Assembly (NCBI GenBank): GCA_016748015.1
Contig: JAAOMT010000525.1
Location: 248,001 to 312,000 of the forward strand
Origin: Geosiphon pyriformis uo1
Taxonomy: Eukaryota; Fungi; Glomeromycota
Reading direction: 5' to 3'
Length of the DNA: 64,000 nucleotides
Shown: in pieces, positions 40,001 to 54,600 of the stretch
Position numbering within the stretch: position 1 is the first letter of the stretch
Layout: each line of letters starts with the position of its first letter
Notes under the pieces: generated by a model
The model's database searches: none
What the model saw: only the letters and a program-made list of their open reading frames with translations
What the model was told of the DNA's origin: nothing
Made by a program: the position numbers and the translations under genes

Positions 40001-42748
40001 AGAAAATATAATCCAATAAAATTTTTGAAAGAATTTTCTTGGCTGTTTTAATTAGAACAATAGATCTAGTATTTGTTAAGACATTTTTCCACTTATATGA
40101 CTTGGGAATTATCAAAATTTATGACTTTTTTTAAAGATTAGAAACATTTTCATAAGATAAACAAGAATTCAGTAGACACAACAAGCATTATAACATTATA
40201 TTATCACAATGTTTTCACAGTTCATTAAAAATTCCAGACAAATCAGTTGCTTTGCCTTCAGACAAGTTACTAACAACTTGAATCAATTTACTTATACTAA
40301 TTACATCTATTACACCAGAAAAAACACTCTTACTAACATAGCTCAAGAGCACATATTGGCAAGACCACACAGTAAAAAGTACTAGTTGTATTTTATACTT
40401 TCTTATCTAATTCACCATAATCTTATCCACCTTATTCTTTACTTTATTAGGTTCTAAAACCAACTCATTTCCAAATAATCCAGAACAACTTTTCAAAAAA
40501 AACATTTTAGAATACTCTTTATTATGCCATCTTTGTTTAAACTAAAATTGTTCATATGCTTTTCAATTGTTTTTTTTATGATTGCATCTTCTGTCACTTT
40601 AGATTCACAATATTTGGATTTTTTGTACTTTTTCTTAAGCAGAGACAGCTGTCTCAAAACTTCACTCATTTCTATATTATTACAAAACATATCTGCAATT
40701 TTTAAAGTTTCTTTATTATTTAAACTCAATTATTTTTTGATGAAACAATTAAATACTAACAGATTGTCCACTACTACACTTTTTACTATCTTAGAAACTA
40801 GTATTTTCATGTTAAAAAACTTTGAAAACTTCTTATTTTTTAAGTATTCAAAATCATTAAACCATTGTTTAGAAAGATTTCTATTAGCTGAGTTGATTAT
40901 CACTCTCTTTAAAATCTTTCACATAGTATCCAAATTCCCTAAACTTTTTGCAAAACTACTCAAGACTTCAAGCATATTAGTAAAGACATCATTTTGAAAA
41001 CAAGACTAATTAGCATCATCCAAATCTTTAACTCTAAATTTTCAGTGGTTCTTATTAGTTTGTTTACAAATTGTAAGCAAATGTTTATCCAATAAACCAC
41101 CAAGACCAAGATTAATTATAATAGTATTATAATTAGTATCAAAAAATTTAGCCATACTTTTAACATTCTGAGTCATCACAAAAGAGAAAAAATGTTCACT
41201 AACAAAAATATAGTCAATGGTATTTTTCACATCCCAAAAATTTGAACCATGTTAATAGCTTAAAGACTGCACCACTAAAGAGAAAGTTACATAAACCCAA
41301 ATCAAAACACTTCTTGAAACTAGCACTGTATCTTATTTTATCTTCATTGAAATTACTATCCAATACAACATAAGAGCTTGAATTAATTACTTGGGCAACA
41401 AAAGAGTTTACCATGTTGGTCTGACCAAACTGCAGATTAGCCAAAACACCAGCATACAAACCAATCAATGTTATCAAAATTTTATTGCCAAATAGTAAAT
41501 AAACTAAAATAAGATTACTTGGAATTTTAGAGATCTTATAGATATGCCAAGCCAAAAAATTATTTAACACAATAGCCACCCCAGCATCCATGTATTCAGC
41601 ATTTAATCCAGAAACAAAAACTTTTACACTTTGAAACCTATTCTTAATCCAAGATTGAGTCTGACATTTTAGCTTAGTTTTAATAAAAAAAATCCCCAAT
41701 TGTCAGACTTAATATGTTATCTTATTATATCTTTCTGTTTAACTAAATTGTTTATTTCTTGAACATTACACATAGCAATCTTCCAGATAAAGTCATTTAT
41801 TGAGAGGAAGTTGATGCTAACAAGACTGAATTGACACATAACATATTTAACTTTACCAAAACTGAACTCACAGATGCCTCAAGAGCTGACAATTTTGACT
41901 TTAGACTGTTCACCTTAAAGATTAGAATTTTTGAATTACTTAAATCCAATGCCAAAGTGGCTTTATTTAAAACTAAAGAGGAGATACAAAGGGAATTTGT
42001 AGGACATCCAAAACCATATTCAAATTTAAATCTAAACTCAAAAACACAATTATGACAAGAGAAAAAAGTTGAAAAATAAAAACTTAAAGTGTTAGGTCAA
42101 TTATACTTAATTTTTTTTACAATATTTGCTACTTAATCAGCCAAAAGCTCCAAAGAATATTCCAGACAATTATTAATTAAAAAACCATTTTGAGAGACCA
42201 GATTGTTTACTTTATTATATAAAGCACTAAAGAAAGAGGCACCAAAGCAAGAACCAGAATTGAATTAAGAGCTTCCAAAAAAAGCAGAAGTGATTGAGAC
42301 TATTTGTGCTCAAGATTTGTTACTAAAAGCAACAGAATAAGAGATTGGCACACTTTTTTTTGTGTATAACTTGACAAACTGAAAATGGTTTACTTCTGAA
42401 ACAAATTTTTTATAAGGTTTTGTAGAAGACATAACTAATGTATCTAATGTATCACACTCTAAGGCAAAATAACCAAAGTGTTCACACTTTCCACAACAAA
42501 CCAAATCAAATTTAATCCAAAAAAGTTTAATCCCACCAAGGATCAGTTTTATGTAAAAAACAGAATCAAGTTTTTTCTCAGACTCAAAGCCAATTACAGC
42601 ACAGCAGATCTTATTACCAGATTCAAGTAAACAATTGATGATACAAGTTTTCTTATCAGCTCCTTCCAACAAAGTGCCCAAATCATGAGCCATTGTTCTC
42701 ACAAACAAAATAAACAAAAATGTTCTGAACTGATCCCTTAATGCCCAG
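37014..42748 (-). mobile_element. LINE (non-LTR retrotransposon), 3' portion: ORF1 C-terminus and ORF2 (APE-RT-RNase H-Zn finger), degraded
   Basis: ORF1 knuckle CGKCEHFGYFALEC. APE motifs WKIAMCNV, GVAI, DSNFN, TIDYIF. RT motifs TRSIVLI, AFVDNT. RNase H motifs YTDSSL, KIKGHSGILGNDKTD. C-terminal CGNIELPNHVFTC. Poly(A) as a T-run at 37014-37025. Confidence 0.88.
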
Positions 42749-45700
42749 TATTACAGATAATTATTTGGGGTTTTAAATCAAATAACAAACTCATAACTTG
42801 GTGCTTGATAACTGATCTTGTTAATAATTATCTGAAGGTTTTAGTAATCTGAATGTTTTGATTAAGTTTTATGTATAATAGACAAAGATTCAATGGTTGT
42901 TTTTAGTAGTCTTTTAGAATCACAATTTCATTAATTTTTTTCTTGGCTTGGTGACTGGCAATCTTTTGGTAAGTAATTCATAATCTTCAAGTGTTTACCC
43001 TTTTACAAAGGTCTTTTACTAGGCAATTCTTGATGTCAATAACTTAGCAATTAATCTTTAATCAATTAGTCAACAACAAAAAATAACAAAAAGAAAAAGA
43101 AAAAAAAACAAAAATAAAGAAATAAGCCAAGATAATAAATGTTAGTATTCTGTTAATAGCTGTAATCAAAAACTATTGTTCTAGTGTGATTAAGTATCAA
43201 TTATTATCAACATGGAGTGTTGATAGTGAAAATAAGGATTTAAGATAGCAAATAGTTATTTATTAATATTTGTGAATTTGAAGAATTGCTTAGATAAAAT
43301 CTGAGCTGATAGATCTTGGTAAATAATTTTATTTAAGGAATTTTGTCTTTTTCTGCTTCTAATGCTCTTGCTATATATACATAATTTAGGTTCTACAAGA
43401 TTATTTACATTTCTGAGCAATGTGCTATAATTTTTTAAGCAATGCTTATATTGCTGAGCAATATGTCTTAATTTTTTGATATTGCTCTACATTGCTAAGC
43501 AATATGCTGTAATTTTTAATATTGCTCTACATTGTTGAGCAATATGCTCATATGCTAACTACTATTCTCCTATTAATCTATCTGTTTTCTCTTTATACAT
43601 TTTTTTTATAAGTAATATTATCTTTTTTTTTTAATATTGAGCTCTATTGAAATCTTCACTTTGAATTAAATTTAATACTTCTTTTTCTAATACTGTTTAT
43701 TCAACTTTGTTTTTTATATCTTTAATTTGTATATTGTTTATTCTTCTCCATTGGTTAATGGTAATTGTCTTTATGTTAGAGTGTAACAATATTTTTGGGT
43801 AAGTTTGAAATATTGTGTGTAGTCAATAGATTGTTTTAATGTATAGTATTAGATTTGTTTTTTTCCCAATAATATTTTCAATATTTCATATTATTTTTTG
43901 ATTGAATATTCTTTTAGTTTTATTAAGATATAATTTCTAAATGTTCAATTTTTGTTCTAATTGATAGTAGTAATATGGTATTAGAAGTTGTTTTGTTTAT
44001 TATTTTTCAATTTTCTTTTGAAAGTTCTTCTATTGGAATTATGCTGAGTTTTTTCCCAAAAGTGTTTTTTACTTTCTTTACAATTTTATCTGACCAGTTT
44101 ATTGATTGTTTTTGTGGTTACTGATATAGTGTACTTTTTTCTTTTTGTTTAATGTTTTGATAACAAATTGTTTGGTAGTTGATAACAATTTCTATGTTTA
44201 ATTGTTGTTGACTTAAGGTCTGAAACAATTGTTAAGCTAAGGTGTGAATATGATCTGGTATTTCTATTTTTTTTATTGCTTTTGTCATGTATTTCATGTC
44301 TTTATATACTCTTTTGGTTGTTTAATTTGATGTATTTGGTTTAATAATTATTACTGGTTCCAGATTTTGTGAAATCTTGTCTGGTTGAACTAGTATTCAT
44401 TGTATTTTCAGTTGTAAAATATTATTAGTAGATGACAATACTATATGATGATATGGTTTTAGTCAATCACTATGTGCTGCTTTGGCTAAGATTTTGTTGT
44501 TCTATCTTAATTTATAAGCTTTATTTCCTAGAATATCTTTTATGTAAAATGATCTATCTTATTTGGAGTCAAATTTTTCATTCCATTGTTTTTCCACTTT
44601 GGTATAATGTAAAAATACTTTGTCTCTAATCTTGAATTTAACTAGTTTATCTAATAGTTGGTTATCATCTTTTTCTTTTTGTTTTTTTTGTGACTTTTGA
44701 ATATTATTAGCTACTCTTTATTATTTATTTTCTAGTGTTTTTATTTAGTCATATGTTCTTTTCAACAATGTTTCTTGGAAATTGTTTTCTGTTATTAGTT
44801 CAATTGGATATGTGCTGACTTTTATTTTCACTGATAATGTTGCTGTTCTACTATATACTAATTTAAATAGTGTTACTTGTATAGTGTTTTGCTTTATTGT
44901 CTGATAAGCAAATAATACTAATAATATAAACAAATTTCATTCATCTTGATTTTTTTGGCTGATTTTGGCAATTGTTTTACACAATGTTTTATTAAATCTT
45001 TCGACTAAGCTATTGGTTTGTGGATAATATGATAATAATAATAGTCTTTTTATTCCAAATCTTTGATTTAATTCTGCTAATATTCTATTTACAAAGTGAA
45101 TTCCTTGGTTGAATAGTAATTTTTTCAGGCATCTGTGTTGACAAATTAAATCTTGATGAACAAATTTGGCAATGAATTCTGCATCTACTTTTTAAATGGC
45201 TTTTGCTTCTGGCCACTTAGTAAGATAATTCATGGCTACTGCAATATATCTGTTTTCTCTGCTGGTTATTGTTAATGGTCTGACTAAGTTAATTCCAATT
45301 TGATTAAATAGTTGTTCTACTTTGATTGGTTTTAATGGTTTACTGGGTCTTGTTTCTTCTCTTCTTTAACAAGCATTACAATTTTGAACATATTAGATGA
45401 TGTTTGAATATATTGATGGCCAATAATATTTTTTTCTAGTTTTTTCTATGGTTGTTTTTTTATAAAAGTGTCCTGCTGTTAGATTAGAATACATGTTGAA
45501 TAGTATTGTTTCTTTTTCTGGTTCAGTAATTACTCTAGTTGATTGATCTGGATTCTTTCTGTTTTTTCAATAAAGTATATCTTAGTAAAAAATAAAATAT
45601 TTGGATTGTTGTTTAATATAATTTCATTCTTTTGGAGATAATTTCTTCTTGAACTGTTAAGTATTTATAAAATGTTGCAGTTGTTAATATTTTTGTATAT

Positions 45701-46309
45701 TTATTTTTTGTTATATTTTTGGATTGAAATGTTCTTAGATTTGTTTTATCTGTAACAAACTGTTAGCATTTTCATTTTTTTTCCCCTTTTTGTTATGTAC
45801 TGTATAATTAAATAATAAAAGTTCTATTTTCTATCTAGCATAGCAATTATCTCCAAATTTTTGCTTCTAAATTAAAGTCAATCCTTTATGGTCAGTATAT
45901 ATGTCGAATTTCTGGCTTAAGTATTCTTTTTATTTCATAACTGCCCAATAAATTGCTAAATGTTTTAGTGCTAGAGTTTTATAGTTTTTTTTAGCTGGAC
46001 TTAAGCTGCAACTAACATATGCTACTGGGTGTTCTCTTTTATCTGGTCTTTTTTGAGATAGTACAGCTTCTAATGCTTAACCTAACACATTGGTTGTGAT
46101 TATGAATGGCTTGTTATAATTTGAATAGATCAGTACTAGAGCTTGAATAAGCTTTCTTTTTAATGTATCAAAAGCTTCTTGCTGGTTTTCTGTCCATTTA
46201 TATTTGGTGTTTTTTGTTTGGAGTTAGTGTAATAGCTGAGCCAGTTTAGAAAAGTCTTTGATAAAGCAGCAGTAATAATCTGTAAATTCCAAAAATGTTT
46301 ATAGTTTGG

Positions 46310-47139
46310 TATTATGAGAGTGTTTTCTTGGTATATTTTAATTATTGATATCTCATTTTAATTGCAATCAGTCTCTTGTGAGTTTTTCGACTTTATGTGT
46401 TGAATATTAATGATAATATATTGAAGGTTTTCTCTTGATGTTGTGATGTAAGTTTTATTTTTAATTTTAATTGTCTTTGTATGTTGTGTACTTCTTTTCA
46501 GAGGCTAATCTGAAATCTACCTGCTGTCTGGGGCTATCTTTGCAATTGTCTAATGTGTTTTTCTAATTTAGAAACACAGAATGTTAATGGTTTTTTTGCA
46601 ATTTCCCTAAGTATATAATAAAGTTTTTTTAATTTAATTAGTAACTACATGAATAATTTTGATCAGAAATTATTCTTTCAAAGGATTCAAAAATGGAATA
46701 ATAGTCTTATTTGCTAAAAAGAATATATAAATTCTATTGTTAATTTCGTAATTTTAATGTTCATTCAATTTATTATTTTTTTTATTAATTTTTTTTGAAT
46801 AAGATTTTATTTAAATATTTGTTGTTTTGAGTTGAAGCTGCTTTATTCTTCATTATTAAAAACTATTGCATATATATATAATTATTGTTTTACAAAATAA
46901 CGTCTTGTAATATTCTATTTTCATTATTTCTAAATAAGGTTTGCTACTATTGTGAAATAGTGCTTATTGCTTTTGCACAATAGTACTTGTTGCTATTGTA
47001 AAATAGTGCTTGCTGCTATTGCATAATAGTGCTTGCTGTTATTTGTAAATCATTTCTTTTTATATATTATTACTGTGCTATTTTATAATTAACTAATTTA
47101 TATTATTTATAATTTCTATTAAATTCTTGAACTATAATA
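46310..47139 (-). mobile_element. Solo LTR (830 bp) inserted into pol of Gypsy element 2
   Basis: Perfect 4-bp TSD TTGG (46306-46309 and 47140-47143), eroded TA..TA ends, and an LTR-type internal tandem repeat with TATA. Removing it restores the frame NLTKL*TFL. Confidence 0.8.
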
Positions 47140-48404
47140 TTGGTTAAATTGGTGAGTACTGAAAAGTTTTTAACTATCTTAATTTTGTCTGGATCTGTCT
47201 TGATTCCGTCTTTGCTTACAACATGTCCCAAAAATTTTAATTTTGTTTTTTCAAAAAAATATTTGTTGGCATTTAGCTTTAGTTTTGCTTTTCTTAATCT
47301 TTCAAATACTTGCTGTAAATAATGAAAATAGTTATCAAATATCTTTGAAAACACATTGGTATTATCCAAATATATGACTACTGATTTCTATAACAATCAC
47401 ATATAGACAATTTTTATGAGTTGTTAGAATATTGCTAGAACATTTATTAAGCCAAATAATATTACTTTTAACTCAAAATTTTCTTCTCAAGTTGTAAAAG
47501 CTGTTTTCTTCTTATCTTCTGATTTCATGATTACTTGCCAATAACTGCTATTCAAATTTAATATTAAGAACCATTTCTTTTCTCCAAAAGCATTGAAAAG
47601 TTCTTGGATCTTTGAAGTTGGCTAGCTATCTCTTTTGGTTACTTCAATAAGTTTTTAGTAATTCACACAAAACCAAATTTTCTCATTTTTTTTCGAACTA
47701 ATACAACTGGTAAAGATTATAGACTTATTGATAGTTAAATTAACTTATTGTTCAGCATTCTATTAATTTTTTGGTAAATAATTTTATGGCTGGTTGGTGG
47801 TACTTGGTATACTTTTTGTTTTATTGGCATGGTATTTTCAGTTTTAATTTGGTGTTGGATTATGTCATTTCTGCTAAATTTATTTTTACTCACAAAAATG
47901 TTGGTGAAATTATTGAGTAGTATTTTGAGTTGTATCTGTTGTAATGGGTCTAGATTTTCTAAGTTTATCTGTTTTAATTGTTTTAGTTAAAGCAAATAAC
48001 ATTTGTTCCATTTATAGATTGTTTGTAATATAATATCCACATATTTGCAAAGCTGTGTAAAATTTAGAATGGTGTTTGGTAGTTGTTCTTCAACTTCAAT
48101 ACTTAAATATCTGATGGTAGTTTCTTTTAGTATCTCAATAATATCTTCTGTTGTATTGTAAATAAGAATTTTGATATGTTTCGGGCTTTTGGCTGGTATG
48201 TAAAAATTGGTAAGTCTAATCTTTTCTAATTCACAAATGATAGTTTTTACTTCAAAAATTTAAGCTTGATCCTTTACTCTTTTTTCTATGGCTAATATGT
48301 ACTAGTTATATGATAGAATAAAAATTGGTTGATAAATAAAGATAATTTTTTCTTTGTCAACAATTTTTTTCTTTGTCATATTGACTGGTATATTTATTTT
48401 ACTT

Positions 48405-48800
48405 ATGGATCCAAATCTATTAGTTTCTCTTATTGTTATCCCTAATTTTTTTCTGTTTCTTATTGATATTAATTAAGCTATTTTAACCAGAAGCAGGAAT
48501 ATTGCTTGTGCTATTTTTTTGTTTGGCTCTATAATATAGATTTTTTCTGAATTATTTTGTAGTATTACAATAATATTTTCCACATATTCTGTATTAATTA
48601 TTCCTTCTCTAATATTGATTTTTTTTCACTAAACTACTCCTAAATATTAATTAAACCATTGTTGTTGCTGAGATTTCCAGTGCTATTTTAAAATCAATGC
48701 ATATGTATGAGTATGATTCCAATTTAATGACATCTTTCCCTAAATATCTTAGATCAAATCCAATATTGGTATTATGTATATGTTCTGACATAATACCTTC
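48405..48800 (-). pseudogene. Retroelement-borne dUTPase domain (degenerate)
   Basis: Manual translation gives the five trimeric dUTPase motifs in order: GFDL, RSSL, GIINTEY (GIID..Y), KIAQ and RETNRFGS (RG..GFGS). Confidence 0.82.
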
Positions 48801-51800
48801 ATTATTATTGCTAAACCATTTTAGTTTTTGCTCTTTAGTGAGATCAAAAAGTGCAATGTATTGTTCAGTGTTTGAATCATAATTTGGATTGTTGTTATTT
48901 TGGTTATCATATTAAATAGAACTGGAACCATAGTTATTATTGTTGTTGTTGTCAAAGTTTAAATTGAAATTGAAATTTACTTTCAATTTTAATGTGCAGC
49001 TGCTGATTGGTTCTACCTTTTCTAAAATCATGTAGATCATATGTGACGGTAGATTGTAAATGAGGTCACAATTGTTACAATATTCAAAATTAGTAAGAAT
49101 TAAATCATGTTAGCATAATTTAGTATTTAACTGTTTTAGCCATTGTTTTTGCTCTTCTTTTGTTAGAACCAGTTGTTTATAGTGCTTGTAAAATTCTTTG
49201 GAATTGTCTTTAATATCATTAAAAATGTCAAAAGTTTGAATGTATTTAGGTTCTGGAAGTAATAAAAAGTTGTTTTTGATTTTTAGTAGTTTATTGGTTA
49301 TTGTGTTTTCTGTTTTTGCATTCACTATTTTCCAAATTTTATGTTTGTCATGAAAATATCTTTTTAATTGTCACAATGCTCTTTTTTATGTATTATCAAT
49401 TGGAGTTTTTTTACATATCCAATTATTTATTAGGATAGTATATTAACATGTTTTATTGCATGTTTCTCTACACTCAGGAATATTATTCTACATTCTTTTG
49501 TTAGGCAGAATGGTTTTATAGGTGAAACAAGACTTATTTTTCTATTTTTCTTGTTTTTTTGGTCATCCAAACCATTCAAAAATGCAAGAATGACAATAGA
49601 ATTTTGTTGCTGTTGAATATTTTTTATTGTCATTACAGTATGTGTTTATTGATAACAATTTTTTGCCACAATCAACACACACCAGTTTCGGTCAGCAATA
49701 GTTAGATGATTGTGGTAAGATATAAATATATGGGCTATAAGTTGTAGTGATTACTGGTGCTGGGTCTTTTTTTTTTTGGTTTTTTCCTATCTCTAACTTG
49801 GTGTCTGCTTGTTCTGATTACTGTCAATTCACAATATTTAATTGGTTTTTCAGATAAGTTTTTCTTTTCACTTTTCTTTTCTATTGTTGTCCCATAAAGA
49901 TATGAGCAGTAGTTTGTTGTGATTATTGTCAGTTCATAAAACTTGATAGACTTTCCAAATAGGTTTATTTTTTTTTTCTTCCAGCTCAATCAACAGTTCC
50001 TTTTTTTAAGAGGCTTTAAAGTGATTATAGATAGCAGGTATACAAATATGCTGTCCATCAAAATTCAACTGGAGCTTTTGTGTATTCTAATCAAAAATGG
50101 CATTAGTTTTGAACAGCCAATTATTACCAATGAGAGCTTAATACTAAGTGGCTTTCATGATTAATATTTTGATAGATATAATGATGCCATTGACTTCAAA
50201 CAAAAAGTTATTGATTTTACTTATTAGAGTCTTTGTCATTTTATCAGCAGTAATAATTCTGGTGTTGGCAGTGTGATCAACTCAGCAACCTAATTGGTCT
50301 ATGAGTTGTCAAGTAATGATGCTGCCTGCTGACCCACTGTTCAAAATTAACTTAATAGAATGGCCATCAGTTTTAGCATCAGTATATATTGCAGTTATGG
50401 GTTTTTTTTCAAGAGCAGCACAACTAAAAAAAAGTATTTTAGACTGTTCCTCAAGTTTGAAGAGAAAGATAGCTGCTAATGAGTCATTATTGATGATGGT
50501 TGTTAGTAGAATGTTGTTGATAAGTGGTTTTGAATAGATCTCTAAGTAGTTGGGTAAAATGTCTTTTGGAGTAACCAGAAGACTTAAATAGTATTGGGAA
50601 CTTGGGTTTAGAACATATCTAGTTTCCAAATTTTTTGGATGTAATTCTGAGGGTTGTTGAAATGTGTTGAAAATTGGTTAATAAACAACTATAGCCAATC
50701 TTCAGTTTTGTTGGAAGATTTTCGGCCTTTGATTTCTGTTGGACACAGTTATTTGTGGTGGTGTTTGAATGAGTTGAGGTTAATAGATTAGTTGTGGCTA
50801 CAGTAGTTGATATATAATAAGTGTTATTGGTTGATATATTGGAGGTACATATATTAGTTGTTGTGTTATTTGGATATAATTAGATTGATACTAATCTTGA
50901 TTTGGATAATAATTCAAAGTTTAAAATCTGCAATCAGGATTTCAATATTGATTTCCCAATCATAGATTATTATTATATACTTGGCAGCTAGCTTTAACAT
51001 GACTTTGTTTACCACAATTGTAGCAAACACACATCTCTGGTTGCCATAGTTAATTGGTTAACAATAATAAATATGCTTGATTTTGGAAACAATTTGAGTT
51101 TTTTGCATTATTACATTATTGTGGAAGTTGATAAATTGCTTGATTGTTAGCTAAATATCTCTCAATTTTCTGATTAATTGATTTACTAAACTGTTTTAAT
51201 TTGGAATCCAAGTCAGATAATTTATTCATTACTAAATTTACAGCTTAGGCATGGTTGGCTTTTAATTCAGCTGATTCAAAATCTCTGGCATAGATAATGG
51301 TGGCTTGAAAGTTGGCTGGATATAATAAACATATGCATTGAAGGATGCTATTGTGTAGCCCACAAATAAACTAATTCAGAATCTGGGCCACTGTAAAATA
51401 ATCTGCATCAATGGCTTAAATTTGGCACAGATTCCTGTGGAAGCATTCTAGATAGATAGTAACTGCTTTACTTTCTCTTTGCTTGATAATAATAAAGGTA
51501 TTTGTCAAGCACTTAATACTATTATTGTTACTGAAATATCTCAAGAATTCAAGTTTGAAGTCTTGAAAAGTTTGTGGTTTGGTAGCTAAATTTTGATATC
51601 ATGAATTAACAGTATTTTAGAAAAAATAGAGAATTGTTTAGAGGGCTCTGTTGTCATTCCATCTATTGGCTGCAATGGTTTTTTTCACATTATTAAGCCA
51701 TACTTGGGCATTATTCTTCTTGCTGGTAAATTTTTTAATTTTGGCAATGGGTGCATATATTATCAGTATTAATAGTAGTTGTTATTGCAGTTGGAGTTGG

Positions 51801-53554
51801 GGTTGCTGTTGCAGTTGCTGCTAGAGTGGTGGTTGTGACTGTTGCTATTGTTGTTTGGCTATTGGTGAGACTAGAGGTAGATTGATCATGATTACTAAAG
51901 ATAAGTTTTTGGCAACAATAAGAACAGTATTTAGATTGTTCTGATTTTGCTGAGTTGGAATAATCAGGGTTTAAATTTCTAGGTTTTCTAAAATCAGATT
52001 TTGCTTATTAATTTCTTGATTGTTATCTTTTTCTTCTTTGAAGTTGGTTATTTCCCAAGGACTAACAGTTCTGAAATCTGGTTATAATGATGGTAATTGA
52101 GTTTCTGATGGCATTAAAGATTGCAATTTAAATCTCTTAAAATAATCACTATATGTTTCTAATAACTCTGCTTTCTTCTGTTTACTTTGGAACAGAATTT
52201 TGTTTAGTGGTGTTGTTACGTTTACTGTAGACACAGCTATTATATTGATAGTGCTTTCAAGTGTGTGATAATATGATAGATTAACAGATAAATCAAATCT
52301 TTGTTTTTTCCAAGTGGATAGTTGAATTTGCTTTGGGGTTTCTGCTGATGTTTGTAGTCTTTCTTTTCCTTTGTCAGCAAAAGTAATAAAGAATTTTTGT
52401 TTAGTGTATTTTTCTATTTTTTTATTTATTTCTGTAATTAGTGGTACAAATAAATAATTCTGTGACAATGTGGTGCTTTGGAGTAGTTTATTAAAGAAAT
52501 TGTTAAAGACAGATTCTGAATCTTTTTGGTCTTCCAAATAATATACTATTTTTTTGTTGATGTAGCAATTGAAAGCTGATTCTATTGGCCAATTATTATT
52601 TTTTAATTCAAGATAAATGTAATAATATTAAAATAAGAATTTTGTAAATTCCAAATGGTTTGTCCCTATTTTTTCAGATTCTGTCATTGTTTTGGATAGA
52701 TGCTGTTGATGCTGGTTCTCTGTTGAATTAAATCTCACAAAAAGCACCAAATGTTACAGGTAATTATTTGGAGTCTCAAATCAAATAACAAACCTGTAAC
52801 TTGGTGTTTAATCACTGATTTTGTTTGTAATTATCTAAAGGTTTTAGTAATCTGAAGATTTTGGTTAAGTTCTATGTATAATAAACAGAGATTCAATAGT
52901 TGTTTTCAGTAGCCTCCCAGAATTGCAATTCCAGTCGGCAATTCTCTGATAAGTAATCCTTAATCTTCAAGTATTTACCTTCTTGCAGAGGTCTTTTACT
53001 AGGCAATTCTTGATATCAATAATTCAATGCTTAATTTTTAATCAATTAGTCAACAACAAAAAATAACAAAAATAAAAAAAATAAAAATAAAAATAAAAGA
53101 ATAAGCCAAAGCAATGAATATTAGTATTCTGTCAATAGCTGTAATCAAAAGCTATTGTTCCAGTATGATTAAGTATTAATTACTATTAATATAAAATGTT
53201 GATAATGAAAATGGGGATTTAAGATAGTGAATAGTTATTTATTAATATTTGTGAATTTGAAGAATTGCTTAGATAAAATCTGAGCTAAAGATCTTGGTAA
53301 ATAATTCTATCTGAAGAATTCTGTTTTTTTTTGCTTTTAATACTCTTGCTATATATACATAATTTAGGTTCTATAAAATTGTTCACATCCCTGAGCAATA
53401 TGCTATAATTTCTTAAGCAATACTTATATTGCTGAACAATATGCCCTAATTTTCTAATATTGCTCTACATTGTTAAACAATGTGCTCATATGCTAAATAT
53501 TACTTTCCTATTGGTCTATATGTTTTTTTTTTATACATTCTTTTATAAATAACA

Positions 53555-54600
53555 CTAAATATCACAATTTTTTACGGCTTTGGTTATTTGTACAGAATTT
53601 TTCTCAATTAAAAATGACTATTTTACAATCAACATATTAGCATAACTTGATTTAGCAAACTCTATTACAGCTTTCTGCCATATTTTAATCAGTTAAATTT
53701 TGATTAACTTAATCTCTTCAAATTCAGATACTGTGGTGATGATTATATTTTTAAGTGTATTTATAAGAATCTTTTTAATTACTACAGCCCAATCTGATCT
53801 TATTTCTTGTCTTTTTAGATTACTGTTTATATTAATTCTCTTTTTCTTAACCAATAAAGTGGCTATTTCTATGTTTTTTTCTGAAGTAAAAATAGATCAG
53901 ATAGTTTTTTCAAATTTTGAGGAGATAGTGGCTCTCCCAAAACCATTGACAACTGAAAAAATTTTTCTAACAAACAAAGTTTTTGCCAATACTGATTTTT
54001 TTTCTACTGCTGAGAAATTAATATCCAAAACAAAAGATTTTCTAATAGGCACTTCAATCTGAGTTTTTACCATTTTGGAATCAATTTACTTTTTGTTAAA
54101 AGAGATATTAAGAAGAAAAGGGAAATGAATCATATTCTTATCTATTTCAAAGTCAATAGTATCAACAAAAAAACTACTAATTAAAGCATTATTGACTTTC
54201 TTAGCTTTGAGAGTTATTGCAACTAAATTGAGAAAAGAATCACTACTTAAATCCATTATAATACTACCAAGCTCATTGTTACTAAGCTTACTATTCATAT
54301 CCAAATACACACTACTATTGACATTAAATTTGGTCAAAGAAATTTTTTTTTTATAATCTAAGTGCTTAATATTGCCAACAGAAACTTTTTTCTTTTAAGA
54401 AAAGTACTACCAACAGAATCATAAAAAACATCTTTTAAAGCTTTTTTCTTAGACATATTACTACTCAAAACAGCCTTCAGATTTACCACAAAAGAGTTAT
54501 TAGCTTGAAAAATGTTAAAGATAATAAAGCAAATAAGATAAAAAACAAAAAACTTTTTTTTCAAAAAATTGCTCTTTGGGAAATTTGGACAAAGAAGAGA
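53555..54600 (-). mobile_element. 5' portion of the interrupted LINE (5' UTR and ORF1 N-terminus)
   Basis: The frame ..AVKNCDI(W) continues as WALRDQFR at 42747 once Gypsy 2 is removed. Confidence 0.78.

Larger units (their letters stand above)
42749..53554 (-). mobile_element. Full-length Ty3/Gypsy element 2 with dUTPase domain, inserted into LINE ORF1
   Basis: LTRs at 42749-43617 and 52752-53554; PBS TGGTGCTTTTGTGAG next to the 5' LTR. Domains: gag knuckle CYNCGKQSHVKASC (~51000), protease LILNSGSAGS (~50340), dUTPase, RT, RNase H, integrase. Degenerate 4-bp TSD CCAG/CTAA. Confidence 0.9.
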
